Shown here in pieces: positions 56,385 through 64,000 of a stretch of 64,000 nucleotides of DNA. The stretch covers positions 67,528 to 131,527 of the forward strand of contig DBXY01000064.1 of the NCBI GenBank assembly GCA_002309765.1. The letters run 5' to 3'. The position numbers were made by a program, and so were the translations under genes. The number at the start of each line of letters is the position of its first letter. The stretch's first letter is position 1. Source of the DNA: Verrucomicrobia bacterium UBA1200. GTDB lineage: Bacteria; Verrucomicrobiota; Kiritimatiellia; RFP12; UBA1067. The notes beneath the pieces were generated by a model. It did not search any database. It saw only the letters and a list, made by a program, of their open reading frames with translations, and was not told the DNA's origin.

Positions 56385-57350
56385 ATGGCCGAATATCTGA
56401 ATTTAGCGGCGTTTATCGACGGCACCTTGATGAGCGAAAAGTCGCTTACCAACGTTTTCAAACTTAAGGAGGCGTTGTACACATCCCGCCCTTACCGGTT
56501 GGAGGCTTTTCCTGACGGGCTGTTTCGTACGGAGACCAACTACGAGCGCGGACCGGGAACGCTGCCCGGCGCGATGATTACCGGCGGCGCGTTTGCCGCC
56601 GACCTCCACAAAGCGATTGGCAACAATTACGCGTGGCTCACCCAACAGCTCTTGAACAATGCAGCCGGCGGAAAATTGGAACCCCGGATTTTCCTTTTCG
56701 GTTTCAGCCGCGGCGCTTACAGCGTGCATGTGTTGAGTTGGCTGCTTTCGGAGATCGGGTTGCCCTACGAATTCTCCAAGTGCGAAAAAATCGTCCGCGC
56801 GTATCTGCGCAAGGACGCCAGCCGTTTGGAGCGGTATAAAAAGAACTGTTTCGCGTCGCCGCCGGTAAAACTGCTGGGGATTTGGGACGCGGTTTCGGCC
56901 CGGTTTGATGTTTATCAGGATTATCACGACGGCGAAAAAGCCCCGATAGTTGAGCAGATTTGCCATGCAATGGCGGCCAATGAACGTCGACCGCTTTTTC
57001 CTGTGATGCAGTATCAGAACCAAGATGGAATAGAGCAAACCTGGTTTTCCGGCGCCCATTCGGATATCGGCGGCGGGTATTTGGACGATCATCGGCTGTC
57101 CGACATCACTCTGGAATGGATGAAGTTACGGGCCTACCGTAGCGGGTTGGGTTTCATGCAGCGTCCGCAGGAGATCGAGGATTACGACTTTTCGAACCTG
57201 CCCGTCCACAACGAAGCCGGCGATTCCGCGCCAAACCGCTGTTATGCGTCAAACGATCTGATTCACGGCTCGTTGATTTACCGTATGTCAAATTACGGCG
57301 GCATCTACCAACCGGAAATTCGAGAATTCCCCTACGGTGATATGGGTTGA
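56385..57350 (+). CDS. DUF2235-family alpha/beta hydrolase (Tle1-type phospholipase fold)
   Basis: FIDGT...TNVFKL N-terminus, nucleophile elbow FLFGFSRGAY, GIWDAVSA and WFSGAHSDIGGGY are all family hallmarks. Confidence 0.8.
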   Translation: MAEYLNLAAFIDGTLMSEKSLTNVFKLKEALYTSRPYRLEAFPDGLFRTETNYERGPGTLPGAMITGGAFAADLHKAIGNNYAWLTQQLLNNAAGGKLEPRIFLFGFSRGAYSVHVLSWLLSEIGLPYEFSKCEKIVRAYLRKDASRLERYKKNCFASPPVKLLGIWDAVSARFDVYQDYHDGEKAPIVEQICHAMAANERRPLFPVMQYQNQDGIEQTWFSGAHSDIGGGYLDDHRLSDITLEWMKLRAYRSGLGFMQRPQEIEDYDFSNLPVHNEAGDSAPNRCYASNDLIHGSLIYRMSNYGGIYQPEIREFPYGDMG

Positions 57351-57380
57351 CCTTTTGGCCGCTGCATTTACTCCGTGAAG

Positions 57381-60300
57381 TTACCTTACCATCATCATTG
57401 TTGGCGTGAAGGGGTCTTCCGTATGAAGGCGAAATCGGGCTTTTAGAATGGTAATATCGTCGGTTACCGTCACGGAACGTTCGGCATTAACCGTTGCGCC
57501 ATCCGACCAGCTGTCGAAAACGTAACCTTCGTCCGGAACGGCGGTTACCGTCACCGGTTGCGACTTAAAGAAGCGTCCGGTCCAGTTAGCGCGGTCAGTA
57601 ACTCCGTCGGTGGCGGTTTCAATCACAATACCATTGACTACGAAATGCCCTCCCGCTCCGGTGGGGTTACTGTTCATCACCTTCACGTCACCGGTTCCAC
57701 CGAGGTTGAACTTCTCGCTGAGGTGTGTGAAGCAGTTGGTGTAACGGGCGGCTGTGAAATCCACCAGCGCGTAATTCACGGCGTTGGTCCATTCGGCCAA
57801 CGTGGTTTCGCGTCCCCAGCGGCGGTAATGCTGGATAAGATCCGGCTCGATGGCTGCCGCCGCGGAGCGAATAATTTTTGCGGTCCGCTCGGGTTTGAAC
57901 ACGGTATTCAGCAAGGTCGTATAGCGGTTCACGAAGTAGTCGCAATATTGCTCGTTTCTCCAAAGCATATTGATTATGAACCCCGGCTCGTCGTAATCCT
58001 TCATGCGGTTTTTGGAGAGGTAGTCGAACATATCGAAATCATACCCCTTTTCTCCCGCCACGTCCAAGTCGTAGAGCATCCAGCGCCAACGCTTGTCGCC
58101 GTACGCGGAGGCGGTTTCGTTGGTGTGCGTCCGCCAAAAGTCGCAATTGTTGATCGGCCAGTCCGTGTTGGCGAAGAACGTTTCCGCGATGATGTATTCG
58201 GTATGGTTGGTAATGTCGATTTTGGAAGCGATGAAGTCGTATCCGGCCTGGGTGGTCGGCGGGTTGGCGTTGATGTCGAGCATCAGTTGCTCGTAATCCT
58301 CGTCCGCGTTTTTGTCGCCGTCGATTCTGGCGATGTGCACCTTGCCGTTGCCGTCGTCCTCGTGCATCAGGATGTCCATGTTGTCCGCGTCCAACCCGTA
58401 GCGCGTGGCCATGTAGTGTTTGTCGTAGCTTTCGCGCAGGTTGTGGATGCCCCAAAACTCGCCGTTGAGATACACGACCACCGGCCGGTAGGCCATCACT
58501 GCGATATTGAGCGGTTTCGCGATGCAGTGGAACACCGAGTCCTTTAGCATGGTCGCCACACCTTCAACGTCCGTCCCGTACCAATCGTTGCCGCTGTTGC
58601 GGAGCAGGAACCGTTTGTAGTAGGTGGCATCCATGTCCGGGAACAACTGGTAATTGATGTTCGCGGTACCGTATTCCGCGTTACGGCAGATCATGTAGAG
58701 CGTTTTTTGCGGGATGGCCCGGGTGCCGCCGCCGTGCATCTGGATTCCCAGCCGCAGCGACAGCGCGCTGGTGGTGGAATTGGTCTCGAACAGCTCGAAG
58801 TGCGAATCGCGCTCCCATTCGTCCTGGTGGTAATTGGCGTAAGGCTTGCCCCAGCGGTTGGAGCCGTAACCCACTTCGGAATCGCCGTAACACTTGCCGG
58901 GGATGTAGATACCGTTGGCATATCCGAAGAAATTGTCCGGGGTGGTTACGATGGACACCGTCGGCAGATTGCGGTTGCCGGTGAACTGCTGGCCGATGAA
59001 GTAGGTGCCGCAGGTCTCCGCCGAGCAGTCCAACCCGTTAATCGTGATTGCCCGCAACACCACCGCTTTGGCGACGTTCCCGATCGGCGCTCTCCACGCG
59101 GCGCTCGGCATATTGTTAATTCCCTCGATATCCACCGGGTTGGTACGGATCCAGGACAATCCGTCGGAAACGGTGTTGTCCGCGCTGAAAGTGGGGATGG
59201 ACGTGCCGTTGAGCACCTTCACTCGTGTGGGGGAGGTTTTAGGGTCGGATCCATCCAGCGTGTAGTAGATGTACAAGCCGGAACTAACGGTAACTTTCAC
59301 CGTTTGGGCGGTCGGGTAAAATCCCGGAGGTATCGAAAACGCCGGAGCGGCATTAAGCGTCTCGAAGTATACTCCTTCAGGTGAATTGTCGGTGGCCGGG
59401 GTGGGGGTGTCGAACACTCGCTGCTTGGAAGTTACGCCGTTTTCTTCCAACCCGTATGAGACGTTTTTGTCCACTTCTTTGGTGTAGCCGTCGAATTTGT
59501 GGATTTGCGTCCCGGAGCTGTTGAAAAGGTACACGTTTTCGTATCGCCCTTCGGCGGATTCGTAGCTCAACCCCATGTTCAGGTGGATTTCCGGGTGCTG
59601 GTGCGCCACCTGCGCCGTCAGGCTCAGGTCAAAAATCAAATCCGTGCTGGCCAGAAACGCCTGATGCACCTCCACCGCGATGGTGTTGGAGCCGTTAACC
59701 AGTACGTCGGTAGGCAGCGACCACGATAGCCATTCGGTGGTGCCCTGCGGTGAGGATGCCATCGTGGCGTGGCTGACCGTCCCGGCCGGCATGTTGTGGC
59801 GGTAGACTTCGGTACCGTTAAGGTATACCACTGCTCCGTCGTTGATGCGGACTCGCGCGGTCAAGCTGGACACCAGCGTGACGTTGGGGCAGTTGAAAGT
59901 ATAGCGGAAATAAGCGGCGGGGTAGCGGCTGGAAAGGTTCGTCCCGTAGCTGATCGCGGTAGCGAGGTCCGCGTTTGCGGAAGCGTCGTTGTATCCGGCG
60001 GGCAGTACCGCCGATGCCCATGAGCTGTCGGAGAATGTTTTGGTTTTCCAGCTGGCCGAGGGCGCGGACGCCGCCGTGTAATATTTCCACGTCGCGTTTT
60101 GCGGCACCAGCTCAAGGTCGGGGTCGTCCACCCACACCACCTCGTCTTCGGGGTACTGCGTGCTGTCGGCAAACACCATAAGGTACTCGCCCGGCTGCAT
60201 TTTGTAACTGGTGAACGGCAACTGATGGCATTTTGCGGCGGTTTTTTTGTCGCCCACATACCATCTACCGATGTCCACGCTGGAACTGCTGGCGTTGTAC

Positions 60301-60446
60301 AGCTCGATCCAGTCCGCCCCGGAGTACCCGTTGACGTCTGCCGTGTTCGAGTTTTTATAGCAAACCTCATTAACCGTTACAGTGGCGGCAAGACAGCGCA
60401 CGGCCATTAACGCCGCGCCAAAAGATAAAATAACCCGTTTACCCAT
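57381..60446 (-). CDS. Secreted CotH-family protein kinase-like protein with N-terminal lamin-tail domain
   Basis: 1021 aa with a signal peptide. LTD block (VNEVCYKNSNTADVNGYSGADWIELYNASSSSVDIGRWYVGD). CotH-like core (RNSGNDWYG...VVVYLNGEFWGIHNLRESYDKHYM). Confidence 0.75.
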   Translation of the reverse strand: MGKRVILSFGAALMAVRCLAATVTVNEVCYKNSNTADVNGYSGADWIELYNASSSSVDIGRWYVGDKKTAAKCHQLPFTSYKMQPGEYLMVFADSTQYPEDEVVWVDDPDLELVPQNATWKYYTAASAPSASWKTKTFSDSSWASAVLPAGYNDASANADLATAISYGTNLSSRYPAAYFRYTFNCPNVTLVSSLTARVRINDGAVVYLNGTEVYRHNMPAGTVSHATMASSPQGTTEWLSWSLPTDVLVNGSNTIAVEVHQAFLASTDLIFDLSLTAQVAHQHPEIHLNMGLSYESAEGRYENVYLFNSSGTQIHKFDGYTKEVDKNVSYGLEENGVTSKQRVFDTPTPATDNSPEGVYFETLNAAPAFSIPPGFYPTAQTVKVTVSSGLYIYYTLDGSDPKTSPTRVKVLNGTSIPTFSADNTVSDGLSWIRTNPVDIEGINNMPSAAWRAPIGNVAKAVVLRAITINGLDCSAETCGTYFIGQQFTGNRNLPTVSIVTTPDNFFGYANGIYIPGKCYGDSEVGYGSNRWGKPYANYHQDEWERDSHFELFETNSTTSALSLRLGIQMHGGGTRAIPQKTLYMICRNAEYGTANINYQLFPDMDATYYKRFLLRNSGNDWYGTDVEGVATMLKDSVFHCIAKPLNIAVMAYRPVVVYLNGEFWGIHNLRESYDKHYMATRYGLDADNMDILMHEDDGNGKVHIARIDGDKNADEDYEQLMLDINANPPTTQAGYDFIASKIDITNHTEYIIAETFFANTDWPINNCDFWRTHTNETASAYGDKRWRWMLYDLDVAGEKGYDFDMFDYLSKNRMKDYDEPGFIINMLWRNEQYCDYFVNRYTTLLNTVFKPERTAKIIRSAAAAIEPDLIQHYRRWGRETTLAEWTNAVNYALVDFTAARYTNCFTHLSEKFNLGGTGDVKVMNSNPTGAGGHFVVNGIVIETATDGVTDRANWTGRFFKSQPVTVTAVPDEGYVFDSWSDGATVNAERSVTVTDDITILKARFRLHTEDPFTPTMMMVR

Positions 60447-60634
60447 ACTTCTCTCCTTTTCCGCATAATTTTTTAAAAAGAAAGCCTTATTTTAACATTT
60501 GACAGGTCGGAATGCAAGTGCGCATTGTGAAGTTATGCGAAAAAAAAGGGATTTTTGGGTAATGATTCGTACTTGCGTAATAGTGGTGGAAATGCTAAAC
60601 TTTTATGAGTTATTGATGGAAAGGAGTCTTTTTT

Positions 60635-61012
60635 ATGACTGACGAGCAGAAAATGGATACGGAAGCGTATTTGGCGCGCATCCGCAAGACGATTGCGGAG
60701 TCGGAGCGTCTTGTCGAGTCCGCCCGGCTGCGCGTCGCTGAAACGGACCGGATGCTGGAGAAACAGGGACTCACGCGCGAGCAGGTGATGAACTTCCGCT
60801 TTTCGCCCGAACAGCGTGAGGCGGTGAACCGTGAACTTGTACGGCAGGGTATGGCCCCGATCGAGGAAAACGAGCCGCTGAGTGTGGCGGAAATGGGCCA
60901 AGAGCTGGGAGGGGCGCCAGACTTCTCGCCTCTCACGGCCGTCGCACCTGATGCAGAGCTGGAGAACCGCCAGCGAAAATTCGGCATGATGATGAAACCT
61001 TTTCAGATTTGA
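60635..61012 (+). CDS. Small hydrophilic protein at the LcrG position of a T3SS translocon operon (function by position only)
   Basis: 125 aa. GGAAAGGAG SD. Helical and charged. First gene of a five-gene same-strand cluster with 17-32 bp spacers. Confidence 0.45.
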   Translation: MTDEQKMDTEAYLARIRKTIAESERLVESARLRVAETDRMLEKQGLTREQVMNFRFSPEQREAVNRELVRQGMAPIEENEPLSVAEMGQELGGAPDFSPLTAVAPDAELENRQRKFGMMMKPFQI

Positions 61013-61043
61013 GGTGTAAAGGAAGCAGAAAGGAATCATTCTC

Positions 61044-62021
61044 ATGGCAATTGAACTTACAGTAAATCGGACAACCGCAAACACCGTCGCAGACCAGACC
61101 GACGTTTCGCTCCAGCAACCTTCGTCGCAAGAGGCGAAAACCGAGGCGCTTTTGGGCGGTGATTCGGTAAAGGTCGTATCCGGGGCAATTTCCGACCTCG
61201 AAAAGCTCGTTGCGCGCATTAAAAACGAGAGTGACGAGAAGCGGACGAATGTCGCAAGACTGCGCATTTCTTCCGTGATGTCAATTCTTGATGCGATGAA
61301 TGTGGAGATGAGCAACGCACAAAAGGCGGCATTTGCGGAGATTCTCGAGCTTGACGAAAAGATCGCCACTGATCAGGCGGATCTGTCCGCCCTTTACGCC
61401 AAATACGGCATCACCAACGGCAACCAGGCCGCGACGGTGATGGACGCAATGATCGCGTCGCTCGAAAAAGCGGTGGAACGGGCCGTTCAAGAAGGCAAAG
61501 ACCACAACGAACAGGTTAAAGCCGCCAAGGAGCAACGTGACGCCGACCAGGCGAAACTCGACCGTCTCAATAATGCGGAGCAAAAGAACGAGGCGGCAAT
61601 CAAGGCGGCGGAAGAGGCCCTTGCCAAGTCACAGTCGGCGCTTGACGCGGCGAACGCGCTCGTAAAGAACGACGCATCGACCATCGCGGCCGCAAAGTCC
61701 GCCCTGGCCGACGCAAAAAACGAGAAGACGCGCATCGGGGAGTTGCAGAACACGGTCGCGTCCGCGTCGTCCCAACAGTCTGCCTGCATGGCGGCGGTTG
61801 GCGAGAAGGCCCTCGCTTTGGCTGCCGCCGCGCTTTCCGCACGCGCTACCGCTGACGAAATGGGCAACGGCGAGGAGTTGGAACAAAATGCCGCCAAGAT
61901 TCAGCGGAAAGAGGACGAGAAGGAGGCGAACGAACCGCTCGCCCTGATTCGCGAGGCCCTCGCCCGGATGGACGAAGTGGTCATGGAAACGATTGACGAA
62001 AACAAGGAAATCAAAGCATAA
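61044..62021 (+). CDS. 325-aa Ala/Glu/Lys-rich coiled-coil protein at the LcrV (tip protein) position
   Basis: GAAAGGAA SD. No TM segments. The long predicted coiled coil, the length and the position parallel lcrV. No sequence similarity was recognised. Confidence 0.45.
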   Translation: MAIELTVNRTTANTVADQTDVSLQQPSSQEAKTEALLGGDSVKVVSGAISDLEKLVARIKNESDEKRTNVARLRISSVMSILDAMNVEMSNAQKAAFAEILELDEKIATDQADLSALYAKYGITNGNQAATVMDAMIASLEKAVERAVQEGKDHNEQVKAAKEQRDADQAKLDRLNNAEQKNEAAIKAAEEALAKSQSALDAANALVKNDASTIAAAKSALADAKNEKTRIGELQNTVASASSQQSACMAAVGEKALALAAAALSARATADEMGNGEELEQNAAKIQRKEDEKEANEPLALIREALARMDEVVMETIDENKEIKA

Positions 62022-62038
62022 CCAAGGAGAGAATAATC

Positions 62039-62533
62039 ATGGCACAGATCACCGAGAAAGAAATCGCCGAGGCGGCGGGAAAGTTCCTTGACGGCGCTAC
62101 GCTTAAGGAACTCAAGGGCATTACGAATGAAGAGCTGGAGGCGGTTTATTCGTTGGCCTTCAATTATTACCGGACAGGTAAATTCGATGAGGCGTCCAAG
62201 CTCTTTCAATTTCTGGTGCTTTTCGACCATCTCAATGCCAAGTACTGGTTCGGGATGGGTGCGGTGCAGCAGGTTAAGAAAGACTTCAAAACCGCGATCA
62301 CCAGTTACAGCTACTGCTCTTTCTTGGATTTGGAAAACCCCAAACCGCAGCTTCACGCGGCAGAGTGCTATCTCGCCCTTGGCGACAAAGAGAACGCGTT
62401 GAGCGCGCTTGAGGCGTTGGACGTTTACTGCCCGAAAGACACCGAGATGGGTCGTACGTACCGTGCCAAGGCGGCGGAGCTCCGGAAGTTGCTCGAAGGC
62501 GCGAAAGAAGAAAAAACCGAAACAAATCCGTAA
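62039..62533 (+). CDS. Class II type III secretion chaperone, SycD/LcrH/CesD family (TPR)
   Basis: EELEAVYSLAFNYYRTGKFDEASKLFQFLVLFDHLNAKYWFGMGAVQQVKKDFKTAITSYSYCSFLDLENPKPQLHAAECYLALG. This aligns residue-for-residue with the remembered Yersinia LcrH core (YSLAFN.Y..GK...A...FQ.L...DH.....G.GA..Q......AI.SYSY....D...P....HAAEC.L..G). Confidence 0.8.
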   Translation: MAQITEKEIAEAAGKFLDGATLKELKGITNEELEAVYSLAFNYYRTGKFDEASKLFQFLVLFDHLNAKYWFGMGAVQQVKKDFKTAITSYSYCSFLDLENPKPQLHAAECYLALGDKENALSALEALDVYCPKDTEMGRTYRAKAAELRKLLEGAKEEKTETNP

Positions 62534-62578
62534 CCTTTGCAGTCGGCCGGTGTATACAGGGCAGAAAGGAACAAAACC

Positions 62579-63661
62579 ATGTCTGGAGAAATACCCAATG
62601 TGAACACTCAATCCGCGCAGCGCCCGATTTATACGGACAGCGCGGCGGCTTTTGCGGATGGACAAGGCATCACAGCGAAGGCGGCGCAGGCTGCCAAGGA
62701 AATCGTGGCGATCCTCGGCGGACGCAACATCACGATGAACGCCAACGGCACTCCCAATTTACAGGAAACGGGGCGGCCTACAGGCGCGACCACGATTCCC
62801 GCGCTTGACAATCCCAGCGATCTGAAGCAGATCGAGGCCAATCTTGAAAAGCTTCTCGCCTATCTGCAGCTCGACAACGACGAGCGCCAGGCGGAGATGG
62901 CCAAGGATCGCATCGACATCAACAAGGATTCGTTCAAAAAAGAACACGAAGACCGTGCGTCGAAGATTAAGAAGTCGCTTGCGGACATGGAAAAGGCCGC
63001 GAAGGCGCAGAAAGCCAGCAAGATTTTCGGCTGGATAATGGCTGCGCTCGCTGTGGTTGTGGCCGTGGTGGCGTGCGTTGCGACTGGCGGTATCGCGGTC
63101 GGCGCGGTCGTCGGTGCTTTGGTGGCCATCGGTATGCAGGTTATGAACGAGACCGGTGCGATGGACAAGATCACGGAAAAACTGACCGAGGGTCTTGAAA
63201 AACTTGGATTGGACAAAAAGGCTGCGCAGATTCTGGCTGCCCTCATCATCACCGCCGCCGTGATTGCGATCTCGGCCGGTGCCGGTGCCGGTGCCGGTGC
63301 GTTGGCGAGCAGACTTGGCCTCGCCGCGAAGCTCACCTTTACCGTGTCCGAGACGATTAAGGACATGGCCGAGCTTGCCAGAGGCATTATGACTGCGGCC
63401 TCGCGCGTGGTTCAGATCGGTAGCGTTTTGGCTGGTGTCGGCGCTGCCGTTACCGGTTACGAGGCCGGAATGTCGAAGGCCGACGTTAAGGAGACGGAGA
63501 AGTTCCTCGCTATGTTGCGGCAGCGGCTGGAGGAGAGCGAAGAGGAGCTTAACCAGATTCTCGAAGCGATCCAGAACGCGATCAGCCAGGTGGCGGAGCT
63601 GCTTTCTTCCGCAACTGACACGAGTGCCCAAATCGCCAGCAACATCGGGCAGATGGCATAA
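62579..63661 (+). CDS. Major hydrophobic T3SS translocator, YopB/IpaB/SseC-like
   Basis: Coiled-coil N-half (LEKLLAYLQLDNDERQAEMAKDRIDINKDSFKKEHEDR). Two long hydrophobic hairpins (IFGWIMAALAVVVAVVACVATGGIAVGAVVGALVAIGMQVM and AAQILAALIITAAVIAISAGAGAGAGALA). C-terminal coiled coil. It lies immediately after the class II chaperone. ATG 62579 is preceded by GAAAGGA. Confidence 0.7.
   Translation: MSGEIPNVNTQSAQRPIYTDSAAAFADGQGITAKAAQAAKEIVAILGGRNITMNANGTPNLQETGRPTGATTIPALDNPSDLKQIEANLEKLLAYLQLDNDERQAEMAKDRIDINKDSFKKEHEDRASKIKKSLADMEKAAKAQKASKIFGWIMAALAVVVAVVACVATGGIAVGAVVGALVAIGMQVMNETGAMDKITEKLTEGLEKLGLDKKAAQILAALIITAAVIAISAGAGAGAGALASRLGLAAKLTFTVSETIKDMAELARGIMTAASRVVQIGSVLAGVGAAVTGYEAGMSKADVKETEKFLAMLRQRLEESEEELNQILEAIQNAISQVAELLSSATDTSAQIASNIGQMA
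63275..63298 (+). repeat. (GCCGGT)x4 hexanucleotide repeat inside the translocator gene
   Basis: Perfect four-unit repeat encoding AGAGAGAG within the second hydrophobic segment. Confidence 0.9.
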
Positions 63662-63678
63662 CGGAAAGGATTTCCCTC

Positions 63679-64000
63679 ATGAGCATTCAAATTAATTCAG
63701 GTACCACCGCAGTCAACTGGGAATCGTTGCTTGCCGAAATCGGTACGGTCGAAAAGACCACCGGCACGGACGGCAAAGAACTCTTCACGGTGACGATGAG
63801 GGTCGACGGCGAAGATAAGACTTACACGTTTGGCATCCCGGACGATCTGGATTTGCCGGAGACGGTTGACCAGTACGCCATCAACACGCTTTGCGACAAA
63901 CTTCTTGAGATGAAAGACACGTTCAAACTCTCAAATGAAGATGTCGCGACGCTCCGGGACAATCTTTCGTCCGCTCTCGCTGCGGTTAATAAGAGCGGGG
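63679..64000 (+). CDS. 5' part of a gene at the YopD/minor-translocator position (runs off the right edge)
   Basis: Not in the ORF track. ATG 63679 is preceded by GGAAAGGA. Hand translation MSIQINSGTTAVNWESLLAEIGTVEKTTGTDGKELFTVTMRVDGEDKTYTFGIPDDLDLPETVDQ...AAVNKSG stays open to position 64000. The role is inferred from position only. Confidence 0.45.
   Translation, partial: MSIQINSGTTAVNWESLLAEIGTVEKTTGTDGKELFTVTMRVDGEDKTYTFGIPDDLDLPETVDQYAINTLCDKLLEMKDTFKLSNEDVATLRDNLSSALAAVNKSG

Noticed and set aside
60499-60527. Sigma-70 promoter for the translocon operon (TTGACA at 60499-60504)
   Set aside because: No acceptable -10 hexamer lies at 16-19 nt spacing (GCATTG or CATTGT), so the promoter is left unassigned.
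60533-63631. Minus-strand ORFs 60533..61369, 61901..62665 and 62759..63631 across the T3SS translocon operon
   Set aside because: They overlap plus-strand genes that have strong SDs and, for two of them, clear family signatures. The minus-strand translations are low-complexity.
1-64000. CRISPR arrays, rRNA/tRNA genes, transposases, integrases and prophage modules
   Set aside because: None was recognised on either strand. The two AT-rich islets lack recombinase genes and obvious flanking direct repeats.

Overview
The window comes from a Gram-negative genome, shown by lpxA, an LptF/G permease and OmpA. Gene content suggests the PVC superphylum (Lentisphaerota, Verrucomicrobiota or Kiritimatiellota-like), but that is inference only. 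All composition statements are by-eye estimates, not computed. No rRNA, tRNA, CRISPR array, transposase or integrase was recognised.

Layout, left to right:
- 1-11.2 kb: envelope and housekeeping genes. These are a VIT/vWA protein, a membrane-anchored kinase, lpxA, lptF/G, a TSP3-repeat OmpA, an EamA transporter, a HAD hydrolase and a short-form metH.
- 11.2-13 kb: an AT-rich islet with a PIN/NYN-like gene and a GxxExxY gene interrupted by one in-frame TGA.
- 13-17 kb: a YfhO-like glycosylation cluster.
- 17-19.6 kb: a second AT-richer islet with an AbiEii-type toxin pair and a P-loop-less ATPase remnant.
- 19.6-32.8 kb: twelve consecutive minus-strand genes, mostly for sugar utilisation (GH5, uxaA, Gfo/Idh/MocA, ROK, SIS, permease).
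- 32.8-39.8 kb: a compositionally distinct AT-richer block. It holds two AT-rich intergenic regions with a shared 10-mer array, a beta-propeller/CxxCH protein, mnmG and an FHA sigma-54 activator.
- 40-55 kb: a gene for a ~3460-aa secreted protein (PKD, calcium-binding repeats, LamG), then a ~1480-aa M6 metalloprotease with the same C-terminal tail.
- 55-60.4 kb: a DUF218/Bor-like/DUF2235 operon and an LTD-CotH protein.
- 60.6 kb to the edge: an lcrGVH-yopBD-like type III secretion translocon operon.

Leads most worth follow-up:
- Two perfect parS-type palindromes sit inside a mnmG insertion. Together with the gene-strand switch at about 33 kb, they point to an origin-proximal location.
- The two giant exoproteins share a C-terminal tail that could be a sorting tag.
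- The T3SS translocon lies among other host-interaction-type genes.
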